DNA of 64,000 bases. It comes from a virus. The notes beneath the pieces are model-generated. The model saw only the letters and a program-made list of their open reading frames with translations. It was not told the origin of the DNA and ran no database searches. The number at the start of each line of letters is the position of its first letter. Position 1 is the stretch's first letter. Shown here one piece after another: positions 26,110-36,800 of the stretch. The position numbers were made by a program, and so were the translations under genes. The stretch spans positions 32,001-96,000 of the IMG/VR virus record IMGVR_UViG_3300036985_007703; one strand, given 5' to 3'.

Positions 26110-28254
26110 CTACAGGTAGGTCACCGTCGCGTTGCCGTGCCAGTAGGCCGCCGTCGCGTTCGCCACGATGTCCGTCATCACAAACGCCATCGCCCCATAC
26201 CCGTCGGCCGCGGTCCCCGTGATCGTCGCGGGCATCCCCGCCACGTGGGACTGGTTCGACACGTCATACGTGATCGTGTCCACCGCCCCGCGGAACGTCT
26301 TGTGGATCTCGGAATACAGGAACGTCGCCGCGTTCCCCCCCGTCTGGTTCCACCACCCGAACCCCAGGGGCACCACCTCGACGTTGCCCCCGCCCGTCAC
26401 GATCGGCGAGAGGTGGCCCAAGATCAGCGAGTCCAGCCACGAGATCGTCGCGTCCCACGCCAGGATCGCCCACCCCGTCGCGAACCCCGCCGTCAAGGAA
26501 GACTTGGTGCTCATCTGGAACCCGAGGAGCGTGTTGATCGAGAGCGACTTTGCATCCCAGGCATCGTCGTCGGGCACCCACTTGCTCGTCCCCTGGTTCC
26601 ACCGCGCGTTGGTCGTCAACATGAGCGTCCCCGCCCCGCTGAAGTAGATGCGCGACTTGATAGCCGAGGACCCACCGCCCTCCCAGAGGAGGCAGCACGT
26701 GTCGTTGCCGCCCGTCCCCGGCTCGAAGGGCCCGTTGACATAGCTCGCGTCGGATCCCAGCACCACCTGCCCGCCCACCAGCGTCACGCCGCTGTCCAGT
26801 GTGAGGAGCCCTACCACGTTGGCGATCAGCGCCGTGATGTTGAAGATTCCGCCGCCGATGTCGAACCCGCTGGCCCCGCCCACGTTCCCCACGCGCGTGT
26901 ACGCGCTCCAGTTCGCCAGGTTGTTCCAGGCGAGCCCCCCGCTGAAGACCCCGTGCTTCGCGAGCAGCATGGGCCCCATCTGGTTGTCGGAGCTGAGCCG
27001 CAGCATCGTCACCGAGGTCTGCGGCGCGATCGGCGCGCGGTAGAAGTTCCCTGCAGTGATATACCCACCCACGATCGCCGCGAAGCCCAGGGTCGAGCCC
27101 CAGTACAGCGTGATCGTCTGCCCCGTCACCAACGAGTCATCCGTGATGCCGTGCGACCGCCAGATCTGGACCGCCCCGCTCGGCGCCGTCTCGGGGTCGA
27201 TCTGCGGCACGCGGCCGTTGATCGCCCCCGTCAGGATCGCGATGGCCTCGGAGACGTTCTTGCTCGTGATGCTGGTGGGGTCCCCCGCGACGTCCCGCGT
27301 CTGGATGTCCTCGGCGTGCGGGAAGATGTCAAACCCCTCCACGAAGCGGTCGTCCGTGACGAGGTCCCGCACCGTGGCCCGCGTCCAGTACCACGCGGTG
27401 CCCGCCGGGGGCGCCGTGTCACTCGTGTGCCCCAGGTCCAGCTTGATCCAGGGGTTCGTGACGAACCCCTCGCTGTCCGCCGTCGCCAGCGTCGTGGCCC
27501 CGCTGTCCGCATACAGCGTCGCCACCGTGATGCGCCCGTTATCGTCCCCCACGTAGGGGCCCTGCATGCGGAACGACGCCGCCGACGCCCCCAGCTGGAT
27601 GAAGCTCGACTTGAGCGTCCACGCGCCGCCCCCCAAGGGGCAGTACACCTTGCCCGTGATCTGGAACACGGGGGGCGACCCCGTGGGGGCCGCGAAGTCG
27701 AGCGACGCGCGCTTCACCGTCACGCGGTCCAACGACGCCGTCATGCGGTAGCAGCTCGCCGGCGTCGCCGACGTGCTGCGGTCGATGTAGCTGTCCAGGA
27801 TCGTCGTCGCCCCCATCGGGATCGTGATCTTGGCCAGGCGCACCGCGCTCCCGCTCGTGCTGGGGGCCGTGGTGTCCACGTAGAAGGCCCCGCTCGTGGG
27901 GGCCCCCGTCGCGTAGGTGCAGCTCAGGTACACGTAGTACGTCTTGGTGCTCGGCATCGTGCCGCCACCCCCGGTGAACTGCCCGCTGAGGTCCACCGAG
28001 ACGTCCGTCGCGTAGCGCACCGCGAGGGCCGCCCCGCCGGTCTTCTCCACCCACAGGTAGAAGCTGTCCTGCTCCCCGTTCGGCGTGATCTTGACCGTCT
28101 TGTTCGGGGTGGCCTGCGCCATGACGTAGCCCCCCCGGTAGATGCCGGGGTCCAGCACCGCAAGCGCCTTGTTGACCCCCTCGGAGACGTAGGTCTCGCG
28201 CCACCGCACCTTCATCTGCGCCTCGGGGATCACGACCGTCTGCACTGTGGCCAT
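26110..28254 (-). CDS. Tail / tail-fibre structural protein
   Basis: 714 aa, G/T/S-rich; N-terminal WRETYVSEGVNK...PGIYRG; VRLAKITIP. Confidence 0.7.
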   Translation of the reverse strand: MATVQTVVIPEAQMKVRWRETYVSEGVNKALAVLDPGIYRGGYVMAQATPNKTVKITPNGEQDSFYLWVEKTGGAALAVRYATDVSVDLSGQFTGGGGTMPSTKTYYVYLSCTYATGAPTSGAFYVDTTAPSTSGSAVRLAKITIPMGATTILDSYIDRSTSATPASCYRMTASLDRVTVKRASLDFAAPTGSPPVFQITGKVYCPLGGGAWTLKSSFIQLGASAASFRMQGPYVGDDNGRITVATLYADSGATTLATADSEGFVTNPWIKLDLGHTSDTAPPAGTAWYWTRATVRDLVTDDRFVEGFDIFPHAEDIQTRDVAGDPTSITSKNVSEAIAILTGAINGRVPQIDPETAPSGAVQIWRSHGITDDSLVTGQTITLYWGSTLGFAAIVGGYITAGNFYRAPIAPQTSVTMLRLSSDNQMGPMLLAKHGVFSGGLAWNNLANWSAYTRVGNVGGASGFDIGGGIFNITALIANVVGLLTLDSGVTLVGGQVVLGSDASYVNGPFEPGTGGNDTCCLLWEGGGSSAIKSRIYFSGAGTLMLTTNARWNQGTSKWVPDDDAWDAKSLSINTLLGFQMSTKSSLTAGFATGWAILAWDATISWLDSLILGHLSPIVTGGGNVEVVPLGFGWWNQTGGNAATFLYSEIHKTFRGAVDTITYDVSNQSHVAGMPATITGTAADGYGAMAFVMTDIVANATAAYWHGNATVTYL

Positions 28255-28274
28255 CGCCTACCTCGCTCGCTCGC

Positions 28275-28292
28275 TGCGTACGCGCGTACGCA
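28275..28292. promoter_or_regulatory. 18-bp palindrome, copy 6
   Basis: (C)TGCGTACGCGCGTACGCA(G), intergenic. Confidence 0.75.
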
Positions 28293-28295
28293 GGG

Positions 28296-28793
28296 TCAGT
28301 CCTCTAGGATGCCGCACTTGAAAAACACCAACATCGCCTCGGCGTCGAGCGTGCCATCGGGCACCTCGCTCCGCTTGATCTTGTAGGGCTCAAAGTCGGT
28401 GGTGAGCTGGAGCAGCTCCTCCTCCTTCTTCGTCAGCGCCTTCTCGTCGATCTCCGCCTGGGGGTGCTCCTGGCGGAGGGCCGCCACCGCGATCTCCAGG
28501 GCATCGGGGTTCGCGATCTGGTAGCGGAAGGACCCCGGTTGGTCCGGGATCGGGGCCCGCTTGGGCTCGCCCGCCACCGTCTTCTCGGCGTGGTCCTCGA
28601 CCAGCTTGTTCCGCGCCGTGCTGAACGCCTTCATAGCCTCCGTGGGCTCGATCTGCTTCTTGAGGTCCTCGATTGGCTTGTCGAGCTTCGCCCGATTCCG
28701 CGCGATGGCCCACGCCACGTTCGTCACCTTGACCGCGCTGTTCCGCCGCAACGTCGCATCGCACACCAGCATCAACTCGTTCCCTAGCTGCAT
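28296..28793 (-). CDS. Helical tail-associated protein (DUF1617-like / fibre chaperone)
   Basis: AWAIARN..KL...ARNKLVEDHAEK...GEPK pattern; adjacent to fibres. Confidence 0.55.
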   Translation of the reverse strand: MQLGNELMLVCDATLRRNSAVKVTNVAWAIARNRAKLDKPIEDLKKQIEPTEAMKAFSTARNKLVEDHAEKTVAGEPKRAPIPDQPGSFRYQIANPDALEIAVAALRQEHPQAEIDEKALTKKEEELLQLTTDFEPYKIKRSEVPDGTLDAEAMLVFFKCGILED

Positions 28794-28854
28794 CGTTCTG
28801 CTCCTTCGTTTGCCACGTTCAACCGTGCATCCTTGAGTGGTTCTTACTCAAGCC

Positions 28855-28884
28855 ACGCTACCACAGCCGCTCGCCCCCCGCCAA
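28855..28884 (-). promoter_or_regulatory. Sigma70-like promoter TTGGCG-18-(TG)TAGCGT
   Basis: Intergenic; same GGCTGTGGTAG context as the 8155 site. Confidence 0.4.
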
Positions 28885-28896
28885 CCTTCCCCCGCG

Positions 28897-29151
28897 TCAC
28901 TCGACGGGGATCTTCGCGATCTCCGCCTCGACCGCAAGGGCCTGCGCGTCGAGCGCCGTGAGCTGCGCCTCCAGGCGGGGCTTCACCGTCACCGTCGCGT
29001 AGGCCACGGCCACCGCGACGCGGTCCTGCTCCGTCGCCCCGAACACGAGCGTGTCGATCTGCTCCGCCGTCACACTGCCGCCGCCCATGCCCGCGTAATA
29101 CTGCCGCAGCATCTCGGTCGCCCACGCCTTCTGATCCGCTGTAAACGCCAT
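28897..29151 (-). CDS. Small hypothetical protein (C-terminal coiled coil)
   Basis: GGAGG RBS; 84 aa. Confidence 0.65.
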   Translation of the reverse strand: MAFTADQKAWATEMLRQYYAGMGGGSVTAEQIDTLVFGATEQDRVAVAVAYATVTVKPRLEAQLTALDAQALAVEAEIAKIPVE

Positions 29152-29211
29152 CGATCACCTCCATTGGATTAGGCCAGCAGCACCCACTGCCAGCGTCAAA
29201 CGTCGCGCACC

Positions 29212-32200
29212 TCAGAACCGCTGGATCTTCTCCGGCCGCCGAGGCTCGTTAGGATCTGGCACGAACCCCGTGTTGTTGTACTTGGCCACGCCCACATGAA
29301 ACTGGAAATTACTGATACACCCCGCCATCGAGGCCGCTGTACTTCCATTGAACAATCGAAGAGACGCGCCAGGGTTGGTCATGATCGTCCCCGCACCTAC
29401 ACCAGTGCGCGCCGTGATAATCCCATCTACATAAGTCGTTACAATATCGTAAGCAGAGCGTTGAAATACAATGTGATGCCACTCCTCGTTAGGAATAGCA
29501 GGTGTGGAAAATGTCGTGGGATTTTCATAATTATCGAAGAGATACCAATAGAATGTCACCACCCCCGCCGTGTCCTGTCGGATCTCAAATCCCTTCGAAT
29601 CACTACCAACACCATCCATTCCGCTGATGATACAGCGCGTACCTATGGTGGACCGTGATTCAAAATAGACCCAGAACTCGATCGTAAACGCCCGCTCTCG
29701 TGGCGAAACCGGCATGATGAAGTTGGACTTCGTGCCCCATGAGCTATTACTCAGCGCCGTCCCTACCATCCCCACGGGACTATTGAACTCCCACCGATCC
29801 TGTCCCTCGGTGGTCACCTGACGGGATCCACGCAACCAGAACGCGCAATAATCGTTGTACTGACGGCGGTAGGTGATCAGATCTCGTGGTGGCGCGAACG
29901 TGCCTGTCCACAACGCTTTGCCCACGAATAGGCGGATGTTTTCCAGGTAAGACGGTGGGTTGGTGGGCAACGGCGCGACGGCATAATTCTGGGCACAGTA
30001 GCAAAACTGCCCCGTGTCGCGGATGGCGTAATTCGCGGCCACCGTTTGGCTGAGGGTCTCTGTCCCGTTGACGAAGAGCTTGATCGTGGTCCCCGATCGC
30101 ACCAGGGCGATGTGATGCCACGTCTGCGCGGACACGTAACCGCCCCCCGTCTGCGTGTAGCGCGTCGTCCCGTCATACACGGAGAAGCAATACTGTGCCC
30201 CCGTGTTCAGATAGATGCGGATGGATCCGCTGGGGTAATTCGCCCCCCAACTCACCGAATTACAGTAGTTGAAAAGGTCCGTCTCTACCGACAGCGACCC
30301 GGCATTACACCACCGCTGCCAGAAGTCGATGGTGAAGTCGCTCGTGCCAAAACTTACGCTGCGCACGGGTGAAGGCATACTCATCGACGACGACACACCA
30401 GTGACCATGACGAACCCACTGAGGGAGAGCTTGAGGGGGCCAACATCCTTCGCGACCACCGTTTTTGAACCGCCCACCGCCGCCGACAGCGCGGGCGTCA
30501 GGGCTAACACGGCATCCCCATGGCAGTAGTCGCGCTTGCTCGTGGATGGCGTGAAGTTGGCCGTCCACAAGGCACGGCCCTTGATGACCTCCAGATCGCT
30601 CAAATAGCCGACCCACTGGTTGACGTTGCTCGTGTCCAGGTTGCCGTAATACAGATAAACCCCACTGGTCCGGTAGGGCGTACTCGATGTCTCGCTGCCC
30701 GCGTTGGTGCCGTCAATGTACACGGTCGTCGTGGTGCTGGCGCGCACAATGGCGATGTGATGCCACGCGCTATCGTTCAGGTTCGTCCCCGCCTTTGATG
30801 CCACGATGCTATGCTCCGTGGCCCCACTGTTCTTCGCGTTCCAGGTCAACTGATTGGCCGCCGTCAGCGAGAGGCGGAACCGATAGGTGTTGTCATCCGT
30901 GCCACTGTTGAGCAGATGCTTGGGGTACGTGCTGGACGACGTTTGAAGCCAGAACTGAATCGTAAACTCCCCCGTATCGAAGTAGAAAGGGGTGGGGTCG
31001 ATCGAGGGGGTATATACGTTCGATGGCTCCAGCACACTGATCGCCTTGAGCGTACCGGCATTGAACTCCCACGCATACTGGCTGATCCACATGCCCTGGC
31101 CCGTGGGACCGGCCGTGAGCGCCGTCCACGCCCCCCGCACCGCCCGGTACAGCCGCTGATACCGCGTGGTATCGCCGGTGGAACTGCGCAAGGCTGGCGA
31201 GCGGTTGTAGAATCGCTGTAAACCTGAGGTGGTGCTATGCAACAAGGGAAAACCCTCATTGGTAAAACCACCCTCCACCGTACCAATACCGCTATCGGTG
31301 TTCCACACGTAGGGATAATACCCTGGGGTAACGGGGTATAGGTTAGCCGCTCGCAAAGAAAACAGAGAACCCGTGAGGAAGGCTTTGGTACTACTCCCCA
31401 GCACATAATCCCGCAGGAACTTGGGCGGTGTAAAAGTCGCGGTCCACAAAGCGGCGTTGCTAAACCTAAACTTACAGACCTTCCCATACCAACTATAGGT
31501 TCCCACAGAGGATCGTGGCCCGCCAACCTCCAAGTAGGCTCCTGCGTTGCTGTAGTTGACGTTGATCGCCTCCGTGGATGTATAGGCTGGCTCGACCCCG
31601 TTGATATACAGCTTTGTCTGCCCCGCCCCCGTGCCCGTGCGCACGACCGCCACATGGCACCACCGATGCGATGGGACGGAATTATCAACTGAAATGAGCC
31701 GAGGCGTGCTCGTACCACCTGTCGCAAAGGTCAGCCGCCCCGACTGGTCCACGTAAAAGGTATAGTCTAAATTTCTCCGACAGATGAACGTGCCCCGCGT
31801 CCCCGTGGTCTGTCGCTCATGCTTAATCCAGGCGTCGATCGTGAAATTCCCCGTGCCCACGTCCGCAAAGCCCGAATCTGAGGACGAGTAAACACCAAGC
31901 AGCAACGCTCCGGGGTTGTCAATGACCGCGAACTGCGCCCCATCGTCTGAGTAGATCACGTTGGCATTCTTGTGCAGCACACGGGTGGGCACGCCAAAGG
32001 TCGTCGACGCGCGAACCGTGCCCAACGCGATGCGCATCTTGGCGATCTTTCCAAGGAATGGATACGTCAGATCCGCCCGCCACCCTATTGTCAACGGGGA
32101 AAACGAATGCGGGATCGTAGGGCTGCCCGTGAAGGTCTCGGGAATCCCATCAATCGTGATGGCCCAATTGCTTCCATCCCGGATCACCGCGACGTGATAC

Positions 32201-33870
32201 CAGCGATTAAAACTCAGTTGGCGCGTACTCGTGAAAGTCGTCCCCGCCGCATCGAACACCATGTAACGGGACGAGGTCAGATACCACTGCCATGATGTCC
32301 CATAGGTGGCATCCCACACGGCTGCAATCGTGGCCTGCGTGCTCACGCCTGTAGCGAAAATAAACGCCTCGATGGTAAACGCCGTGGCCCCCCGCAAGGT
32401 GTAAGAGGTGAAGGGGCCATTGTGCCGATTCTTGACCGCCGATCCTCCCACAACCGTGATCGCTTTCGGCACATCGTCGTACGGAAACGTCAAATTGCCG
32501 CCGATCCCGAAGTCCTGGTCGAACTTCATCAGCATCTTTGTGTACGAGGTGACAGGATACTCCGTCCGCGTGGGAGGCGTGAAAGAGGTGCCCGTCCACA
32601 ATGCCTGTCCTACTGTCGTGCGCAGATGCGAAACATAGTTATAACCATCCCCTATTTGGATCGTCTGAGATGTATTAAAAATAGTGCTACTAAACGCCTG
32701 ATCTGCCCCCAATTGGACCCCATCCTGGAACATGCGCATGACGTTCCCCGTGCGGACGATGGCCATGTGCACCCACCGATGTGGGGACACGTCTATACCC
32801 GGACGATACACATTCTGGGAGTTCGTGCCGTCGGTCGTGTAGTAGAAGATACAGGCTGCTGCCTGATTGCTTGGCATCAACGTGAGACTCCAACACCGCG
32901 ATCCTGCTGCTCCCCACTTAGTGATGGTCAACGCCGTGTAGGAAATCAGCCAAAAGTCAATAGTGAAGTCCCCACTACCCAGGTTGTGAGCCATATCTGC
33001 ATTGACCGTGAGATACCCCCCCGCTGTTAAATGCAGGACAGGATCAGCCACCCCCGTGTAGTGACTACCCGTGAACTTCCAATACTGACAGGCGGGTTCC
33101 GAAGACCCCGACGTGGCCATGCTATTGGTGGGCTCCATGTAGTAAAAGGCCGCCCCCGCATCGTTGAGATCCCAGTTGTAATAGACCGCACATCCCTGGG
33201 GGATCGGCGCCTTCACCTTGCGCCGGGGTCGATTGAAGTTGGCCGTCCACAGGGCCTTGCCGTTGATGACCCGTATCGCCCCTACCTGTCCCTGGTAGTA
33301 GCTCGTGGAGTAGTGGCCGATGGCCACGCCCGTAGGGGAACCCGAGGACCCGGAGACGGTCTGCGTCGCCACCTGTGCCCCGTTCAAAAAGAGGCGGTGC
33401 ACGTCCCCACTGCGCGTCACCGCCACGTGGTGCCAGGTATTAGCCTTCATGGGGTAGCCGGTCGCGCTGAGCGTCGCGATCGGCGTGTAGACCACGAGGT
33501 TGAACGCCTTATCGTAGGTGCCCGTCGTAAAAAAGAAGGAGGTCCCTAGCGAGAGGAAGTACTGGTTGCCCGCCGTAATCGCGGGGTTGATCCACGCATC
33601 GATCGTGTAGTCGTTCGTCCCAAAAACCATCTGGTAATTTTCGCCCGCAGTCTCGTCCACCGCGGAGGAAGTCCCATTGAGCAGGACTCCACCCCCCTCG
33701 GGCGGCACCAGACGCCCGAGGTCCGTCTCCACATCCTGCTTGATGTTGGTCGCTGTGAAACTATAGTACGCAGAACCACCCCGACGATTACCCTGCGTAA
33801 AATTGAGATCCGCCACAGCGGGAATGCCATTGGGCACCTCACGAGTCCATCGCTTTGCACCACCGGGCAT
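29212..33870 (-). CDS. Large virion protein with seven LamG/ConA-like domains
   Basis: Seven [DNEA][FY]TI[DEQ]xx / WxHx[AV]xxR units; start reassigned to ATG 33870 (GAGGAGG RBS). Confidence 0.85.
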   Translation of the reverse strand: MPGGAKRWTREVPNGIPAVADLNFTQGNRRGGSAYYSFTATNIKQDVETDLGRLVPPEGGGVLLNGTSSAVDETAGENYQMVFGTNDYTIDAWINPAITAGNQYFLSLGTSFFFTTGTYDKAFNLVVYTPIATLSATGYPMKANTWHHVAVTRSGDVHRLFLNGAQVATQTVSGSSGSPTGVAIGHYSTSYYQGQVGAIRVINGKALWTANFNRPRRKVKAPIPQGCAVYYNWDLNDAGAAFYYMEPTNSMATSGSSEPACQYWKFTGSHYTGVADPVLHLTAGGYLTVNADMAHNLGSGDFTIDFWLISYTALTITKWGAAGSRCWSLTLMPSNQAAACIFYYTTDGTNSQNVYRPGIDVSPHRWVHMAIVRTGNVMRMFQDGVQLGADQAFSSTIFNTSQTIQIGDGYNYVSHLRTTVGQALWTGTSFTPPTRTEYPVTSYTKMLMKFDQDFGIGGNLTFPYDDVPKAITVVGGSAVKNRHNGPFTSYTLRGATAFTIEAFIFATGVSTQATIAAVWDATYGTSWQWYLTSSRYMVFDAAGTTFTSTRQLSFNRWYHVAVIRDGSNWAITIDGIPETFTGSPTIPHSFSPLTIGWRADLTYPFLGKIAKMRIALGTVRASTTFGVPTRVLHKNANVIYSDDGAQFAVIDNPGALLLGVYSSSDSGFADVGTGNFTIDAWIKHERQTTGTRGTFICRRNLDYTFYVDQSGRLTFATGGTSTPRLISVDNSVPSHRWCHVAVVRTGTGAGQTKLYINGVEPAYTSTEAINVNYSNAGAYLEVGGPRSSVGTYSWYGKVCKFRFSNAALWTATFTPPKFLRDYVLGSSTKAFLTGSLFSLRAANLYPVTPGYYPYVWNTDSGIGTVEGGFTNEGFPLLHSTTSGLQRFYNRSPALRSSTGDTTRYQRLYRAVRGAWTALTAGPTGQGMWISQYAWEFNAGTLKAISVLEPSNVYTPSIDPTPFYFDTGEFTIQFWLQTSSSTYPKHLLNSGTDDNTYRFRLSLTAANQLTWNAKNSGATEHSIVASKAGTNLNDSAWHHIAIVRASTTTTVYIDGTNAGSETSSTPYRTSGVYLYYGNLDTSNVNQWVGYLSDLEVIKGRALWTANFTPSTSKRDYCHGDAVLALTPALSAAVGGSKTVVAKDVGPLKLSLSGFVMVTGVSSSMSMPSPVRSVSFGTSDFTIDFWQRWCNAGSLSVETDLFNYCNSVSWGANYPSGSIRIYLNTGAQYCFSVYDGTTRYTQTGGGYVSAQTWHHIALVRSGTTIKLFVNGTETLSQTVAANYAIRDTGQFCYCAQNYAVAPLPTNPPSYLENIRLFVGKALWTGTFAPPRDLITYRRQYNDYCAFWLRGSRQVTTEGQDRWEFNSPVGMVGTALSNSSWGTKSNFIMPVSPRERAFTIEFWVYFESRSTIGTRCIISGMDGVGSDSKGFEIRQDTAGVVTFYWYLFDNYENPTTFSTPAIPNEEWHHIVFQRSAYDIVTTYVDGIITARTGVGAGTIMTNPGASLRLFNGSTAASMAGCISNFQFHVGVAKYNNTGFVPDPNEPRRPEKIQRF

Positions 33871-33881
33871 GGATCCCTCCT

Positions 33882-36800
33882 CTATTCCAGCACGAAGACG
33901 AGTTGCACACTCGCCGTCATCGCGTCGTCGTTGGTCCCGTTTGCGTCCGTGGATAATTCTAGGGCTTGCGCGTTCGCCACCACGTAGTTGGTCGTGCTGA
34001 TGTCCACGGCCGAGGAGACCCACGCGCTACCGCTGACATCCCACCCGTTGTTGCTGTTCGCCGTCCCCACCTTGTTGCCGTTCACCACCGTATTGAGCCG
34101 TGGCTGTGAGGCCCCCGTGTCGATGCTCTCGACGCGGTGCACCACGCGCACGAGGTACGCCGTGCCATGCTCCCAGCGCGCCCACTGGCCCATGATGTCA
34201 GCGAGTAGTTGGGTGCTGGCGACGGGCGCGAAGTAACCGTCCAGGCGGAACTCCCGCATGACCACGTTGGAGAGCGCCGCGTACGCCAACTCGTCGTCGT
34301 CGTTCGTGGTCATCGGCGCCCCGGCGATCGTCACCGTGCCCGCGCTGTACGTCGTCACGATCCCGTAGCGCCACGTGCTCGCCGTCGCACGATACCGCAG
34401 GGGCCGCCCCGGTACGAAGATCCCCTGGTTCGTGCCGTTGTCCGTCACCGTGAACGTGCTGTCCGCCGTCCGCGTGAACGGCGTCATCGCCGTCCAGGAA
34501 CTCGCGCCGCCCCCGCTGCTGCTCGCGGGCTGGTCGTACCACCCCTTGGTGCCCGAGGCGTTCGTCCCGTAGAGCTTCGTGTTGCCCGGCGTCGCACTAT
34601 CGTTGACGAGGTTGACCGTCGTGGTCCCCGTGAGCGAATACTGGAACGTCGTGGCCGCCTGGTAGTCGCTCCCCGCCGAGGCCGCGCTCACCACGCCCGC
34701 CGTCGCCTTGAGGAGCCCGCTGAGGCTCGTCGCCAGCGTCGTGGTGCCCGCCACCTCCACGTTCCCATCCAGGTACGTGATCCCGTTGACCTCCAGCCGC
34801 CCCGCCACGAGCAGATCTGCGTCTGTGTTGAAGGTATGCGAGGTCGTCCCGCTGAGCCCGATGCGCGCGTAGCCCGTGCCCGCGCCCGCGAGACTGAGGA
34901 TCGTGTTGTTGTAGCTCGTGAACTGCTGCGCGGTGCCCCGCAGGCTGACCGCCCCGTCGTCCCCCACGATCACCGTCGAATCCAACGCGCTGGTCCCCGT
35001 CGTGCTATTCCACCGCACGAGGGCGTGGTCCGTGCTGCTCCCCGGCCCCACCACGGCCCCATCCAGGTTCATCTGGATGATGTCCCAGTAGGCCCCGACC
35101 GTCGCGTGGTCCCCCGTGGGCGTGCTGTCCGTCGTGCAGACCATCATGTCGCCCGCCTCGACGTTCGGCCCGCTATTGCCACCGATCTTGCCCGCTACGC
35201 TCACGCGGTAGGTGTCCCCGGCATCCGCTGCGGGGTAGTTCGGATAGTCCCCGAGCACCATCGTGTAGAGGCGACCGCCACTGACACCGACCAACAGATT
35301 ACTGCCATCCCCATCCGAAGCTGACGAAATCCACGCCTTGACCGTCGCTCCGGCTGGTTGCCGCTCGGACCACGTCGCACCACTATCGGACGAGGTGTAG
35401 ACCTTGCCGTCGCTGTTGCCATTCTCGCGGATCACCGCGATCATGTTGCTACCGTCCGAGTCACACGAGACCGAATCCCAGTTGCGGTTGGAGTTGCCTG
35501 CTGGTTGTCGCTCCGTCCAGTTGGCCCCACTATCGGTCGAGATGTAGAGCCGCCCACTACTAGCCGCCGCCATCAACACACTACCGTCCGAGTCGGACGC
35601 CACCTTGAGCCAGTTCAGGTTGGTGGCCCCCCCCGGTTGAACCTCCGTCCAGTCCGTCCCGCTGTTCGAGGAGATATAGAGCCGTCCCGCGTTGACCGCT
35701 GCGATCAGGTTCGTCCCATCGTAGTCGCAGGCCACCGCCATCCAGTTCTTGTTGACATCCCCCGCCGGACGCTTCTCCGCCCAATTCGCCCCACTATCCC
35801 CCGAGGTGTAGAGCCGCCCCCCGTAGATCGCCGCAATCAGGTTCGTTCCCCCCTGCCCCGAGTTGACACCAATCCAGTTCTGATCGGACGCCCCCGCTGG
35901 TTGGCGTTCCGTCCACCCCACCCCGCTGTTCGCCGAGGTGTAGAGCCGTCCTCCATAAACGGCTGCGATCAGGTTGATCCCCTCGCTCGCATCCGAGGCG
36001 ATCGATCGCCAAGACTTATCCGCATCCCCCGCCGGTTGCCGCTCGGTCCACCCCGCCCCGCTGTTCGAGGAGGTATAGAGCCGCCCGCCATAGGCCGCAG
36101 CCACCAAGTTGGTGCCACTCGCATCCGAGGCGATTGCGCGCCATGTCTTGTCTACCGCCCCCGCAGGCTGCCGCTCCGTGTAGGTCCATGGCCTCGCACA
36201 ATTTAGCGCGCCCTTGTAGGTCATGGGGTCCGTCACGTCGACGCCGACATTCTTCCAGACCGCCCCCGTGTACCACCGCACGTTCGTGCCGTTCCACTCC
36301 ACGGTCCCCGCGATGGCCGTCGCGTTCTCGTGCGCCCCGATCACGATCGCCCCGTTGCCGGAGCCGTCCTTGAGGTGCAGGCGCTCGCCCGGCGCGGCCT
36401 GGCCGATGCCCGTATAGCCCGACGCCTTGAGCTGGTAGACCGTCGAGACCGCCCACGCCCCCGTATCGTTGTAGATGAGCCGCGTGTCCCCGCTGGGCGG
36501 CGCGTGGGTGTGCGCGTCGAGCGTCCCCAGGGCCGTCTGCACGTCCACGTCCGTCGCGCTGAGCTTGCCCGCGAACCCCGAGGCGTCCACCGTGATCGCG
36601 CTCGCGGGGTGCGCCCCGAGCAGGCCCCGGTTCGTCATGCTGTTGTGGTCCGTCGCCACGTAGGTCCCCGACGAGACCACCGCCATGCTGCGCAGGTCCT
36701 GCGTCTCCTCGTACGGCGTCGCGTCGTTGCGCAGGATCACGCGGAAGAGGACCTTCATCTCCGCGAAGGGCAGGTTCGTCAGCGAGAGCTGGTCGTAGGT

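Noticed and set aside
22653-26222. 1189-aa plus-strand ORF (also 45403..48258, 58735..61689 and many other plus-strand ORFs)
   Set aside because: Arg/Pro/Gly/His-rich antisense shadows of well-supported minus-strand genes; stop codons are rare in high-GC DNA.
35260-36190. Regularly spaced DNA repeats resembling a CRISPR array
   Set aside because: In-frame, degenerate at third codon positions, encode Asp-box blades; no cas genes seen.
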